From NCBI RefSeq assembly GCF_902459465.1, contig NC_047071.1, forward strand, positions 4,030,001 through 4,094,000: a stretch of DNA of 64,000 nt, read 5' to 3'. This stretch comes from Asterias rubens. Its lineage: Eukaryota. Made by a program: the position numbers and the translations under genes. This document shows positions 1 through 12,032 of the stretch, piece after piece. The notes under the pieces were generated by a model that saw nothing but the letters and a program-made list of their open reading frames with translations, made no database searches and was not told the DNA's origin. How positions within the stretch are numbered: position 1 is the first letter of the stretch; every line of letters starts with the position of its first letter.

Positions 1-552
1 AAATAAAGCTTTTGTCACCAATATATGTCTTTTGATGAGTGGAATGTGAATAAACAGTTAACTAAGGTTTTTAAAAATCATTTCTTATGTTATTTACAAA
101 TTTAAGAGTAGACCCCGACCCGAGAGGGCGCTGTTCGTGACGTCAATCGAGGCAGACTTTGCCTGTAATGCGTAGAGTAAACACAATTGTAAAGTACATG
201 TACGGACCATGTCGTGAGTTTGTACGTTTCAAAAAAATATGTTTTTGTTTTTTTCCGGCAATGCCGACCAGGTGTATTGCTGCTGAATGCAGAAAAACAC
301 TTTTTGAAACGTACCAACTCACGACTTGGACGTACATGTACTTTGCACGTGTGTTTACTACACGCATTGCAGGCAAAGTCTGCCTCGATTGACGTCACAA
401 AAGGGGTAGGCGGAGTCAGCCCCCAAACAACTTTATATATTTTTTAAACATATAAATCGTGACAAACAATTACTTAAAAAATTGTTTTATTGTTCGTAAG
501 CAGATACTCTTATGTTTGAAAGAAAAAAAAATCTATTTCCAGGTGACTTTAA
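1..552. mobile_element. TTAA-flanked non-autonomous DNA transposon (Kolobok-like), left end outside window, with internal long palindrome
   Basis: It ends in TTTCCAGGTGACT|TTAA at 549-552. Bases 1-45 and about 500-552 match the short complete copy at 61912-62041. Inverted arms of about 100 bp lie at 137-236 and 301-398. Confidence 0.65.
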
Positions 553-1482
553 TGTTTTTTTTGCAATTAATCATCCAAAACAAATCAGTTTCCGAAACAA
601 AATATACACAATCACAATCTTTCTCTCAGTCCCATAGTCGTTGAAAGACAAATAAGAATACGGACAAAATCGCAATGAAATGGGTCAAAAAGCGGTCAGA
701 ATGAACCAAATTCTGTGTTAAGCTTTCTAATCATGTGCATTCTATAACAAACGGTTACAAACGCTTTGCAACAACCAACTCGACCGATCCAAGGTAACGT
801 GTTCCTTTTATGCAAAGAATACAATCAGAAACATTTGTAGTAAAATTGAGGAGGAATATATAAAATCCCAACAAGAAACCGGATGTTAGACTGCTCCAAA
901 TCAACCCCTTTCGCAGAAACTGTCTTCCTACCCCTGTATGAAAAACATAATAAAACTGAATTAACTTGACAGCTTATGTTCTAACCGATGCGTCCCTAAC
1001 ACTTTATATCCAAACTTAAAATGAACACTCTGTTTTAAAGTTTTATTCCGAAACTGCCAGGGGCAGGTGTCCATGTTCATGTTACAGGCCACTGTCCTTT
1101 AAAATGATGTTGTTGGCATAACACTTATCCCAAGCCGTAGTATTCAATGGTAAGGGGTCATTCAGAATAATATGTTGAGAATTTCAATTCCTTTTTGATT
1201 TTGTTTTTAACCCACACCCACCCACCCCAACCTTCTTTTTTTCTTCTTTTTTTAAAGAATGGCTTCATAATATAATCTGTACACTGAAACAAGTAATAAT
1301 GCCTCAAATGAACCAGATTTTTTAGATCAAATTTCTCCAACAGTCGCTTTTCTTGGCTTAAACACTCAGAAAAAACATATTTGAATCCTTAACGGATCAC
1401 ATGGAGCCTTTATCAGGCATCTAAAAGCACACACATTTGCGCAACAAGGGTGTTTCTCCTCCATTGTGTTATTGCAACTTCG

Positions 1483-1860
1483 TTAAAAGTAATGGACACT
1501 ATTAGTAATTACTCAAAATAATTATTTGCATAAAAACTTGGTAACGAGTAATGGGGAGCAATTGATAGTACACAACACTGTGAGAAATGTCTCTGAAGTA
1601 ACATAGTTTTCGAGAAAGAAGTAATTTTCTACAAATTTGGTTTCGAGACCTCAGATTTAGAAATTGAGGTCTCGAAATAAAGCATCTGAAAGCACAACTT
1701 CGTGTGACAAGGGCATTTTTTTTCTTTCATTATTATCTCGCAACTTCGACGACCGATTGAGCTCAAATTTTCACAGTTTTTTTTTTGTATATGTAGATGT
1801 TGAGATACACCAAGTGAGAAGACTGCTCTTTGACAATTACCAAGTGTCACCTGTCTTTAA
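1483..1860. mobile_element. MITE family A (TTAA TSD, AGGCAGTGGACACTATTGGTAATT TIR; Kolobok-like), degenerate copy
   Basis: TIR-like ends and the family core GATTTCGAGACCTCAGATTTAGAAATTGAGGTCTCGAAAT. Confidence 0.75.
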
Positions 1861-2320
1861 CCAATATTGAGCCCAATTTTTCACAGATAGCATATTTTAA
1901 GTGAGAATTTTGGTCTTTACCAAAGGTGTCCGCTGCATTTAGTTTCACAGTGTGTCGCACTTTAAAAGTTACTTACAAGCTTACGAGAACGTGCATGTTG
2001 ACTGCTAATAATGGTGACTCCGTGGCCAACTGTTAGCTGCGTGTGTGTTGGTGCATGCAAAGGGTCATAAACAACGTCATTTACGAAGCCCCTAAAACGG
2101 ACAGGCAAAACCGAGCAATTTCGAGGAAATGAAATGAGAATTCGAGGTGACGAAGTGATTATTCAAGAGAACTCATTATATTTCAAGGGAACGATTTTTT
2201 TCCAGGTGAAGAAACATTATTTAAACGGAGGGAAATACTTTGATTGTAATGTTGTTTTATTTCCCCAATTATTCTAAATTTGGGGGATCCGTACCAAAAC
2301 GCTTGACAAGATAAACATGT

Positions 2321-2677
2321 TTAAAGACAGTGGACACTATTGGTGTATCTCAACATATGCATAAAATAAAACAACTGTGAAAATTTGAGCTCAATCGGTC
2401 ATCAAAGTTGCGAGATAGTAATGAAAGAAGAAAACACCCTCGTCACACAAAGTTGTGTGCGTTTAGATGGTTGATTTCGAGACCTCAAGTTCTAAACTTG
2501 AGGTCTCGAAATCAAATCTGTGGAAAATTACTTCTTTCTCAAAAACTATGGCACTTCAGAGGGAGCTGTTTCTCACAATGTTTTATACCACCAACCTCTC
2601 CCCATTACTTGTCACCAAGAAAGGTTTTATGCTAATAATTATTTTGAGTAATTACCAATAGTGTCCACTGCCTTTAA
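2321..2677. mobile_element. MITE family A copy
   Basis: TTAA|AGACAGTGGACAC...GTGTCCACTGCCT|TTAA. Confidence 0.85.
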
Positions 2678-2703
2678 AGCTTAGCAAACTTTAACTCGCC
2701 CTG

Positions 2704-2943
2704 GGCCCGATTTCATAAAGCCTGTAGGCACACAAATTTGCTTAGCATGAAATTTCTTCCTTGATAAAAACAGGATTACCAACCAAATTTCCATTTGTTG
2801 CACATTGCTTGTTACTGGTATTCAGCTATTGCTTGCTTATCCTGAAAATCACGTGGAAATTTGGTTGGTAATCCTGTTTTTATCAAGAAAGAAATTACGT
2901 GCTAAGCAAATGTTTGTGCTTACAGGCTTTATGAAATTGGGCC
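2704..2943. mobile_element. MITE family F (GGCCCAATTTCATA TIR, 3-bp CWG TSD; PIF/Harbinger-like)
   Basis: CTG|GGCCCGATTTCATAAAGC...GCTTTATGAAATTGGGCC|CTG. Confidence 0.8.
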
Positions 2944-3570
2944 CTGGTGTTCGCAGTTATTATACTCATTGTGCATACTCCCTCCGTCCCTTGAGATGAT
3001 TATGAGAGGAAACAAAATCGTCTGGAATCATATTTATTACGAAGACTCAACCTTGCCAATGGGCCGGAGGGTTAAAAACAGAAGTCTGTGAACGAAGCCG
3101 ATAGGGAAATAATTAAGTCATCTTGTGAATGTTGTTAAGAAAACAATGTTCAGACTGATTACATTTTCACACATGGGGCCAATTTCGTTTTCTGCTCATG
3201 GACAAACATAAACCCTAACCCTAACATGACTCCTTAAAGGCACTGGACATTATTGGTAGTTACTCAAAATAATGGTTGAGCATAACAACAAGCAGAGGAG
3301 AGCTGTTGATAGTATAAAACGTTTTGAATACCGCTCCCTCTGAAGTGACGTAGCTTTTGAGAAAGAAGTCATTAAAGCGAAAGAGAACGACTCTGATGCT
3401 ATCGGTGATATAGGGTCGAAACGTCCGGTCATTCACTTTGTTTTGGATAGTATTTAAATAGTGTCTGGAGTTTAAATTAGTTTGGGAAGAGCTCAAAGTT
3501 TTGACAAACTCAAAGTGAAACGCGAATTTTACTTCGGGTTTAAATTATCGAGATTAAAATTATCTCTTCA

Positions 3571-3614
3571 GTCTCCTGACGATGACTAGAGCAAGCTAGT
3601 CGAAACGTTGAGAC
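3571..3614 (+). ncRNA. Minimal type I hammerhead ribozyme motif (Penelope-like element type)
   Basis: GTCTC-CTGACGA-T-GACTAG(AGCAAG)CTAGTC-GAAA-CGT-T-GAGAC: 5-bp stem I, canonical CUGANGA and GAAA core, 6-bp stem II, palindromic ACGT stem III, GUU triplet. Confidence 0.75.
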
Positions 3615-6221
3615 CAATTTGGAACTGACTCCTGGTAGTGCAGTTAATGATCCTATAAGCTAAAGTAGTAGTCCCAGCCTATTTTCTATACCATCTGCCC
3701 GGGTAATAGTTAAAATAGCAGGACAGTTCTTTTCAGAACTGAGAAGTCTCCCGAACCACCAATCTACTCCGCGGTAGTAGAATAAAGCAAGACAGTTCTC
3801 CAAGAACGAACTCTTCATGGCAAGTTGATACACACATGGTATTACCACAAACCAAACATGTGTAAATACAAAAGTAAATAAAAGCAAGACAAACCGTATG
3901 GGCACAGGAAATTACAAAACAACCGTAATTTGAGGGCCAGAATGAAGTTTTATATTACATACTTCGTCTAGACCTTATTGACAATTGAGATAGATATGGC
4001 TATAAAAAAATATGACATTGAACCTGGTGAAAAGTACACAATACGAATCGAAATGATAATCGAAAGAACACACTGAGATCAGGAAGGCATGTGTAGAAAT
4101 GAAGTGTTCTTTATATGCATTAATTTAATGAGTGAATTAACTGTTGAATTTACATTGATTTCCAGCTGCACCGTGAGTCTCATGTTACGCCCCGCACACG
4201 GGAGTCTTTCTCGGGGGGCTTTAGACACGATGAAACCACCGGTGACTTGGCTCACAAACACGGTAGGCCCGACTGGCTAGTCTAGCGCGACCAACAACCT
4301 GATCCCATACAAAATTGATGACCATGTCACCCGCTTCTGTGTTTTTTAATCCCAGTGCTTATTTGCTACGTGAGCACACACAGGTGAATTCATCAAAAAT
4401 TAAATTCTAATTGGAGAGAACCTCAGCTCTGGGCTCATCGGCCAATCGGAATTTATAGGACATGGGTCTCTGTCAATGCCGTGAAGAAAGAAAAAAACCT
4501 CAAAGAATTTGTCACGTCTTGGCGGGAAAACTGTTGTCTGTTGAGCGATGATGCGTGTAAGATGAACGAATAGGAGCATAATGTGTGACGTCTTAAAACC
4601 GCCCAAGTTCACAATAACCTCCCTCAATAGTGCATGTGAACTGAGGACTAACTTGTAAGGAATTAAAAAAAGCTAGTTGCAGAACTATCATGTCAGATTC
4701 AAAGGAGTAAAATCTGCATTCGAAACTGTGAAGATGATTTACTGGAAATCAAACTTAAAAAGTGGTTCTGTGGGAGTTTAAAGTCACTCCATGCACCCGC
4801 GCGCAGGGTGGGTTACAAAATACGGCAAAAAGGCGGGAAGTCAAGAAGTTGAATAACACAAAAATGGAGTGTTATTCCTTTGTTCGCGTTATTCCTTTGT
4901 TGGCGTTATTCATTTTCCAATGTTGTCACTGCAACTTAGAGGTGGATTGGGGGGGGGGGTGCAACCAGGCAACAAGAGAAGCAAGGGTTACGATCGCCAC
5001 TGCCTTTGTAACAAAACCTTCACAGTCCAAACACCCCCCCCCCCCAAAAAAAAAAAAAAAAAAAAAAAATAGATTGCGTCTATCATGTTCGTCTATTAAA
5101 TTTAATGACCCCTCCGTAATTTGTTTTTATATTTGTATGATTTTAATTTGTTTTCCAGTAAAGATATCTTTGGTTAATTGACACATTTTTATGCTCGTCA
5201 TAGCCTGATGCGGATAACAAAGCAGTTTTCTAATTGCAGCAATGTGAACAATCAGTAGATTCGTATTGCCAATGGATAAACCAGATTCACTGTAACGTGA
5301 TTACTTTTTACAATAAACATGATTACATCACTTATCTTCAGAACATAGTTAGTAAATCAGATTATCAAGAAGTGAACGCACTCTTATCTTCAGCTTTTCC
5401 TAAAAATCAATATTGTCAAAGACCAGTGTTCCCAACATTTGCATAAAAAAACCATATCTGTAAACATTTGGACTCAATTGGTCATCAAGTTGCAAGAGAA
5501 CAACGAAAGAAAAACCACCCTTGCTATACAAATTTGCAAAACAAAAGTATGAAATAAAACAATGGCAAAAGATATGACAAACGACAAAAACACTTTGATA
5601 TTAAGCAAACCAAATAAACAAAGTATGAAATGGCGAAAGTGGAAACGGAACAACTATACACGTGTGACAGGGAGGCTGTGAACAAAAACGGAGAAGTAAA
5701 ACTGAACTGGTACAACCATGGAGCAATAAACTTTTGGTATAAACGAAGCCAAACATTTATAATACGCCCAACGACTTCGAACGCTCCACATACTCTCAAG
5801 ACCACCAACCCATCCAAATGGAATCCACAGACGGCAAAGTCTTCCTGTGACATTACTTTCCAAGAGAGATTTCCACTTCACCCAGTCGGTGATTTCTCTC
5901 TACTCGCTTTGAGAAGACGTTAGGGGCCTAATTTGCTACACGTGTACCAAGAGACACAATCGTCCAAACAAGGCAATTTGAGCGCCTACTGGGAGTGAAA
6001 CAGAGACAATAGATGCACAAATTGGAGCCAATCAAGCTCTGCGTAATGAACACCTGTGATTATTTTACTGACATATTTAACAAAACAATTCTGCTATTGG
6101 TATGGTTACTCGATTTGAATCAAGATAAAGTACAGCGTAGGAAATGTTGGCCCTCCAAACTGCTGCTACTGGTATGGTTGCTCTATTATTTTGAGAAAAG
6201 ATAAGGTACTATAAAGGATAT

Positions 6222-6573
6222 GGGGTGTCGTGGCCGAGCGGTTAAGAGCACCGAATTCAAGCTCTGCTTATTCTGTTCAGCAGTGTGTGGGTTCGAATCC
6301 CGGTCGTGACACTTGTGTCCCTGAGCAAGACACTTAACCATTATTGCTTCTCTCGACCCAGGGGTAAATGGGAACCTGTGAGGGCAGAGATGGTTCTTGT
6401 GATTGATTTAGCCGAGTAGCGCATTTGTTGCACGAGGCTGTATACTCCCCAGGGAGCTGAGATTGTTTAAGGAGTGAATTAAGGCCCAGTGACCAGGGGT
6501 AATAATTTGAAGCGCTTTGAGACACCCATTCGGGAGTGAAAAAGCGCTATATAAACTCAAATATTATTATTAT
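6222..6573 (+). mobile_element. Full-length tRNA-derived SINE (head resembles tRNA-Leu(CAA)) with L2-like tail
   Basis: A box TGGCCGAGCGG, B box GGTTCGAATCC, body GTGTCCCTGAGCAAGACACTTAAC, tail AAGCGCTTTGAG...AAGCGCTATATAAA...(ATT)n. Confidence 0.85.
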
Positions 6574-7521
6574 ATGTTGGCCTGTGAGTCTTTAAAGTTC
6601 ACGTCTTTCTGTAACCTTGAATAATGAAACACAGATCTGTTTGTTTGTGCTGTTTAGATTGCTTCAATAATCAAAGCCTTAATTGATCACAATTAATTTC
6701 ATATCACTTCATCAAACGCTGTTTTGTACTTATTACATCATTTCTTTTATTCGCACCAACTCATTTCTGGAAAAGTTACGCAAGTTTCTCATGTCGTCCA
6801 ATGTCGTCATTATAATTACATTTCTAATTATTCATTAACTTTATTTAATAGTTTACAGTGCGTGTATTATATTCGCAGCATTACTTTGCTTCATAATCGT
6901 TAGAAAGATGTATATATTACTTATTCCCCTCTCGAACTAATCCTACAGTGGACAAAACCATGTCCGAGCACCACACAACCCTGATAAGGAGATTGACGCG
7001 TGTGCAAACTCCCCCCAGAACGTCGACATAAGGTTGGTCAACCAACCCTACATTGTTTTTCCAGAACCATGTAATCCCCAACTGAACATTTTCACGCGCA
7101 ATTTCCAGAATGGAATTAAGCGGATTCAATGATTTTGTCAAAACAAGTTAATTAGAGCGGCAGATGAACCTCGTTAATACCTCCGTAATTGGTTCTCGGT
7201 GGATCTCTTGAATAGAGAGACAAAATATGTAGATTTTTTGTAATTACACCTTGAAATATCCATAGAATGTAGTTAGTGATGGAGTTCGTTGGAAGCGTTT
7301 TCTTTTTCTTCTTCTTCTTCTTCTTCTTCTTAGTTGCATAACAATAAAACTGTTGGGACTTTTTAATCTTCATGGACGAGGCCAGGTTTGATCATCAGTT
7401 TTTGTCTGGATAATTGCGACAAGTGTATCTTGTGAGAGACATAAGTACATGTTTTGTAGTCATTAAAGAGGATATAGCTACACAGAACGATCGGCAAGAA
7501 AGAAAATATTTTGACAGAACA

Positions 7522-7735
7522 CACTGCAAAAATCCGGGTGTTAAAATGTACACCATGGATGTCACAATGCTAAACCAAGAATCAAAATATACACCATAAG
7601 GGTGTTAAAATCACACCGTTTCTCTGGTGTTATTTTGGACACCCTAATGGTGTTAATTTTGATTCTCTCTTTGGCATCTCTATGTGACAACACACATGGT
7701 GTCAATTTGAACACCCTGGTTTTTTTTCTTCAGTA
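7522..7735. mobile_element. CACTG-terminus MITE with ACACC subterminal motifs (EnSpm/CMC-like)
   Basis: CACTGCAAAAA...TTTTTCTTCAGTA; related copy at 29488-29614 with fragments to about 29835. Confidence 0.55.
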
Positions 7736-9794
7736 TACTCGGGATGGGAGAGCCATTGCTGACAAATAGGTCTGAAAACCAGGACTCGTTTTTTTTTTCT
7801 TCTTTTTTTTTGGGGGGGGGGGAGGTGTACTAAAATTATGACGTTTTCACCTTTGGAGTTAAATATTTCAAGGAGCTTCTGGAAACAGTACTAAAGAGAA
7901 AATCTCTTTTCAGTATTGTTGATTCTAAAAAAATAACCGGTGGTTGACAACTCAAGGTTTCGATTAATTATGCTCTTTGTCTTTAGACGATCAGGGCATA
8001 GGCCTACTGATCGAAAGGCTTTGTTTCGAACTTTTAATCGGAAAAAAAATAAAAAAAATTCACCTTGCAAAGTTTTATCCTATAAAATATCTCTTCCATG
8101 AACACTGTTGGCCTAAACACTTACACGTTTATCTCATGATGTCGCCATGATATGTAATGTACATTTACTTTTGGAAATTATGCAAATTAGACAAGTCACC
8201 TGTGAAACTACATTGTCCATTCTCATATCTCAAAATAGCAACGCAATTCACACTTCTAATCCACCTTAAAAAATGGGTCCTTAAATGGGCTCTTAAATGG
8301 TTCACAGGAAGTCCTCGAGAAAACATGAGAGCAGGAAATGAAAACAGGAAAGTAGAATTAAAATGTCCTGAATGCATCCCACTTCTTATTCTCCCGAGTT
8401 GTGCATATTTTATCCGGTCCGGTAGCTCCCTTTATATACCGAGCCCCCTTTCCCCAACAAAAGAGCCACAAGAAATGACATGTTTTGTCACGACGCGACA
8501 ATGAGATTTAAATAATCAATAGGTTCTCTACGACTGCTACTACATGGTTAATGAACACAACTAATCTAAGGAGCTTTAAGAGCCGTCTTATTTTCATCAA
8601 AATAAGTAATCATTTACCGATAATCATTCTGACGAGTACGGTGAATTTGATTTGCCGGACAAGTCTTCGTTTTTTAGGGGGGCTCCCCCGGGACCCCCCT
8701 CAGTCCGCAAGTCACCGCGATCTCAGACCAATTACTCCACCCGGGAACTGTGTAGCTTTCTCCGGCCGGTAATATTGCCTCGTACGCTGACAAGAGAAAG
8801 GAAGAAGACCCCGCTCGCCATCCTACAACGCGGTGTACACCAAAGTCGTCGCAGTGGCTCGGCGGCCGGAGTAAATGATTTTTTTTTTCCGGCGTGTCAG
8901 GGAGATTAGCTTGCATTGCCGCTACCTGCGCCGGGGGCAAAAAACAAACGAGGTTGTTGGCTTATGGGTTGACTCTTCGTCGAGACACCGGGTAGACAAT
9001 GACCATTTGCAACCTTTAAATTTCGATGATCTTCTAGAGGAAGGAAAAAGGAAAAATTATACAACGAATGAGATTAAACAAGACGGAGAAAACTGATCAA
9101 ACATCCTTAGGGAATAAGTCTTCATGATGGATTGGAAGGAAAAGAAATTGAGAAAGTGGGGGCATTAGGGGGGGGGGGGGGGCTGAACAAGGAGGGGTTA
9201 AGAATTGCCACAAACTAGTTTGGAAAGATCTTCCAGCTATAAAAATGTTACCCACACATTTTATTTTAATTACTTCTGAAGAAGAAACTCACTAGCGACT
9301 TTGTCTGGCTGAGTTAATATTTCCTTTTACAAACCTTGACAATAATTAGGAAGTTTTAACGATAGTTTGGGTGAACAGTGTGTTACCTCTTTTCTAAGTT
9401 TGTTCATTAAATTGCTGATACGTCTTTCCTTTTTAAAAGCATTTTATAAATAATAATTTATTCATTTATATTGCGCCCATTCCATAAAATGTACACAAGC
9501 GCATAACAAAATAATTGTAAAAATATAACATTGTACAACAGGAAAATATACAGCAATCCAAACAAACTGAAAATACAAGAACCTTACAGGACAATCCGAA
9601 GAGTTTTAAAAGCATTAAAATCTCATCATGATGTTTCTGCCGTGTTCCAGGATTGTCGAGGCAAGAATTAAAACTGATTCAGCGCAATTCTACCACAGAC
9701 TGATCCGAATTGGCGGCTAGGTATATGGCTTGATCACTGCTTGAAATCTACACCTTGATTGCTCAAAAAACTTCGTGTAGGTGATGAATGAAAT

Positions 9795-10099
9795 ACTGGA
9801 ATGTACTCAAACTTGAATACTCGGCAATCCTGATATTCGGCAGTATTCAGTACTCGGCTATCCCGGTACTCGGCAGTAGGCCTACTCGGTACTCGACAGG
9901 ACCCGGCAGTAGGGCATACTCGAAAAGGCAGAACCCGGTAGAACTTGGTATTCGGCACTCGGTAGAAATCGGTACTCGGCAGTACTCGGTAATCGGCAGT
10001 ATTCAGGTACTCGGTACTCGGCGGTACTCGGTACCCGGCAGTACTTGGTACTCGGCAGTACTCGGTACTCGACTGAAAATTACTTGACTAACAACACTG
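9795..10099. repeat. Degenerate GTACTCGG(CA) tandem array ending in a CAGTGTTGTT-type terminus
   Basis: Many 8-10 bp units; the right end reads AACAACACTG and no matching left TIR was found. Confidence 0.7.
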
Positions 10100-10530
10100 C
10101 CGGACGCACTGTCACTCTGCTGAGTTGATCAGCATTATTGTATCCAAACAAATTAAGCATGAAACGAACTGAAAATAGCGCCCTCTAAATGTGCTAAGTG
10201 AAGTGCGGGCGCAGTTGAGCCAACCTGTTAATAGTAACGTCTTGCAACAACTTTAACGTCAGCCAAGTCTCTGCCGAAGAAAACTCTGTGTCCCCCCACC
10301 CCGCAAAAAAAGGTTACCACATGGAAAAAGTTGCTTGTATAGCCCTGTTTTAAAATTGCGATGAGCTGCACGTTTTGTGAGGGATGTAATTACGGTTGTC
10401 GCCTTGGTTTACTGACCGTGTTTCTACTTCATTTAATCCATTTTTGAAGTCACACTACGGTTAGGCTTAGACTGTGGGCATAGGAATTGTTTGCCAACAC
10501 ATATTTAATCCGAAATCTAACGTATTTTAG

Positions 10531-11087
10531 GGTCCAATTTTATAAAGCCTGTAAGCATCAACGGACATTATTGCTAAAGAAAAACTTGTTACCAGCCATA
10601 TAAAGTTTGCATTGTTGCAACTGGTGCCCAACTATTTGTTCGCTTAGCATAGGACATTTTGGTATGGTATGTAATTCTTTCTTCTTAAAGGCAGTGGACA
10701 CTATTGGTAATTACTCAAAATAATTATTAGCATAAAACCTTACTTGGTTACAAGTAATAGGGAGAGGTTGATGGTATAAATCATTGTGAGAAACGGCTCC
10801 CTCTGAAGTGCCATAGTTTTTGGAGAAAGAAGTAATTTTCCACGAATTTGATTTCGAGACCTCATATTTAATATTTGAAATCAACCATCTAAACGCACAC
10901 AACTTCGTGTGAAAAAGGTGTTTTTTCTTTCACTTTTATCTCGCAACTTCGACGACCAATTGAGCTCAAATTTGCACAGGTTTGTTATTTTATGCATAAT
11001 TATGTTCAGATACACCAAGTGAGAAGACTAGCCTTTGACAATTACCAATAGTGTCCACTGTCTTTAACATCTTTATAAAATTGGGCC
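10531..11087. mobile_element. MITE family F copy (TAG TSD) carrying a nested family A element
   Basis: TAG|GGTCCAATTTTATAAAG...CTTTATAAAATTGGGCC|TAG. Confidence 0.75.
10685..11067. mobile_element. MITE family A copy nested inside a family F element
   Basis: TTAA at both ends with full TIRs; lies between the family F TIRs at 10531 and 11087. Confidence 0.85.
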
Positions 11088-11685
11088 TAGATAATCATTA
11101 TGAAGAAGTTGGTCATCTTCATCATCATCTTCAGTCGGCTGCACAGCATGCAGGCGGACACGAGCTTTTCTGTCCTGTGCTCGTCTCAGAATCTCTAGAT
11201 AAGTTAGTATTTCTTCTTAAAAGCTGCGATGTCCAATTCCCCTAACGAATACTATCCTTTGTTTACAAAAAGAGTAACCTTGTACATTCCCCAGGGCATT
11301 TCTGGCAGGCAAGATACTGTATCATTCAAATGGGAAATAACTACGTTTTTTTTCATTATCTCCACATACATCAAAGAGTTATAATAAAAAAAAAAACAGT
11401 TGGACAAGTTTTGAGATGTGCCCTTTTCTCATATCAAAAGTCAGATAGTGCAACATCAATAACAGTATCAGATTTGATGAGTTTTTTTCCCCAAATCATA
11501 CAATAGTGTATTTAGCAAGGTCTTTACAGATACTAATCAGTGATGAAAAAGCTAACAAACATCGCAAATAAACATCACAAACATATCAACAAATAGACTT
11601 AAGCCCTGAAGCCAAAACAAAAGGCCTCTTGATCCTTAACAAATTTACTTCGTCCTTGGGTGGGTTTGAACCACATACCTCTTAG

Positions 11686-12032
11686 TTAAAGACGGTGGAC
11701 ACTATTGGTAATTGTCAACGACCAGACACTTGGTGTATCTCAACATATGCATACAATAACAAACTTGTGGAAATTTGAGTTCAATCGGTCGTCGAAGTTG
11801 CGAGATAATAATGAAAGAAAAACACTCTTGTCACACGAAGTTGTGTGCTTTCAGATGCTTGATTTCGAGACCTCAAATTCGCGGGAAATTACTTTTTTCT
11901 TGAAAACTTCAGAGGGAGCCGTTTCTCACAATGTTTTATACTATCAACCTCTCCCCATTACTCGTCAACAATAGTAAAGTATTATGATAATAATTATTTT
12001 GAGTAATTACCAAAAGTGTCCACTGCCTTTAA
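11686..12032. mobile_element. MITE family A copy
   Basis: TTAA at both ends, TIRs and family core. Confidence 0.85.

Noticed and set aside
2408-2661. Recurring ORFs such as [16 protein letters not shown] and [12 protein letters not shown] (also 16513, 19472, 43325, 57960, 62744)
   Set aside because: They are chance frames in the palindromic family A MITE, with no transposase motif.
3211-3225. Telomere-like (CCCTAA)n
   Set aside because: Only about 2.5 units, too short to call.
4762-5181. 139-aa ORF with a signal-peptide-like stretch
   Set aside because: It runs through poly-G, poly-C and poly-A tracts, which explain the open frame.
5630-5923. 97-aa ORF MAKVETEQ...
   Set aside because: No recognisable domain, no supporting splice sites and AT-rich codons. 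Overlapping ORFs on both strands look equally random.
6222-6310. tRNA-Leu(CAA)-like sequence (also at 55917)
   Set aside because: It continues into a SINE body and L2-like tail, the acceptor stem is imperfect and it is multicopy. It is a SINE head, not a tRNA gene.
11307-11320. miR-31-like start AGGCAAGAT
   Set aside because: The match ends after 9 nt and I saw no hairpin.
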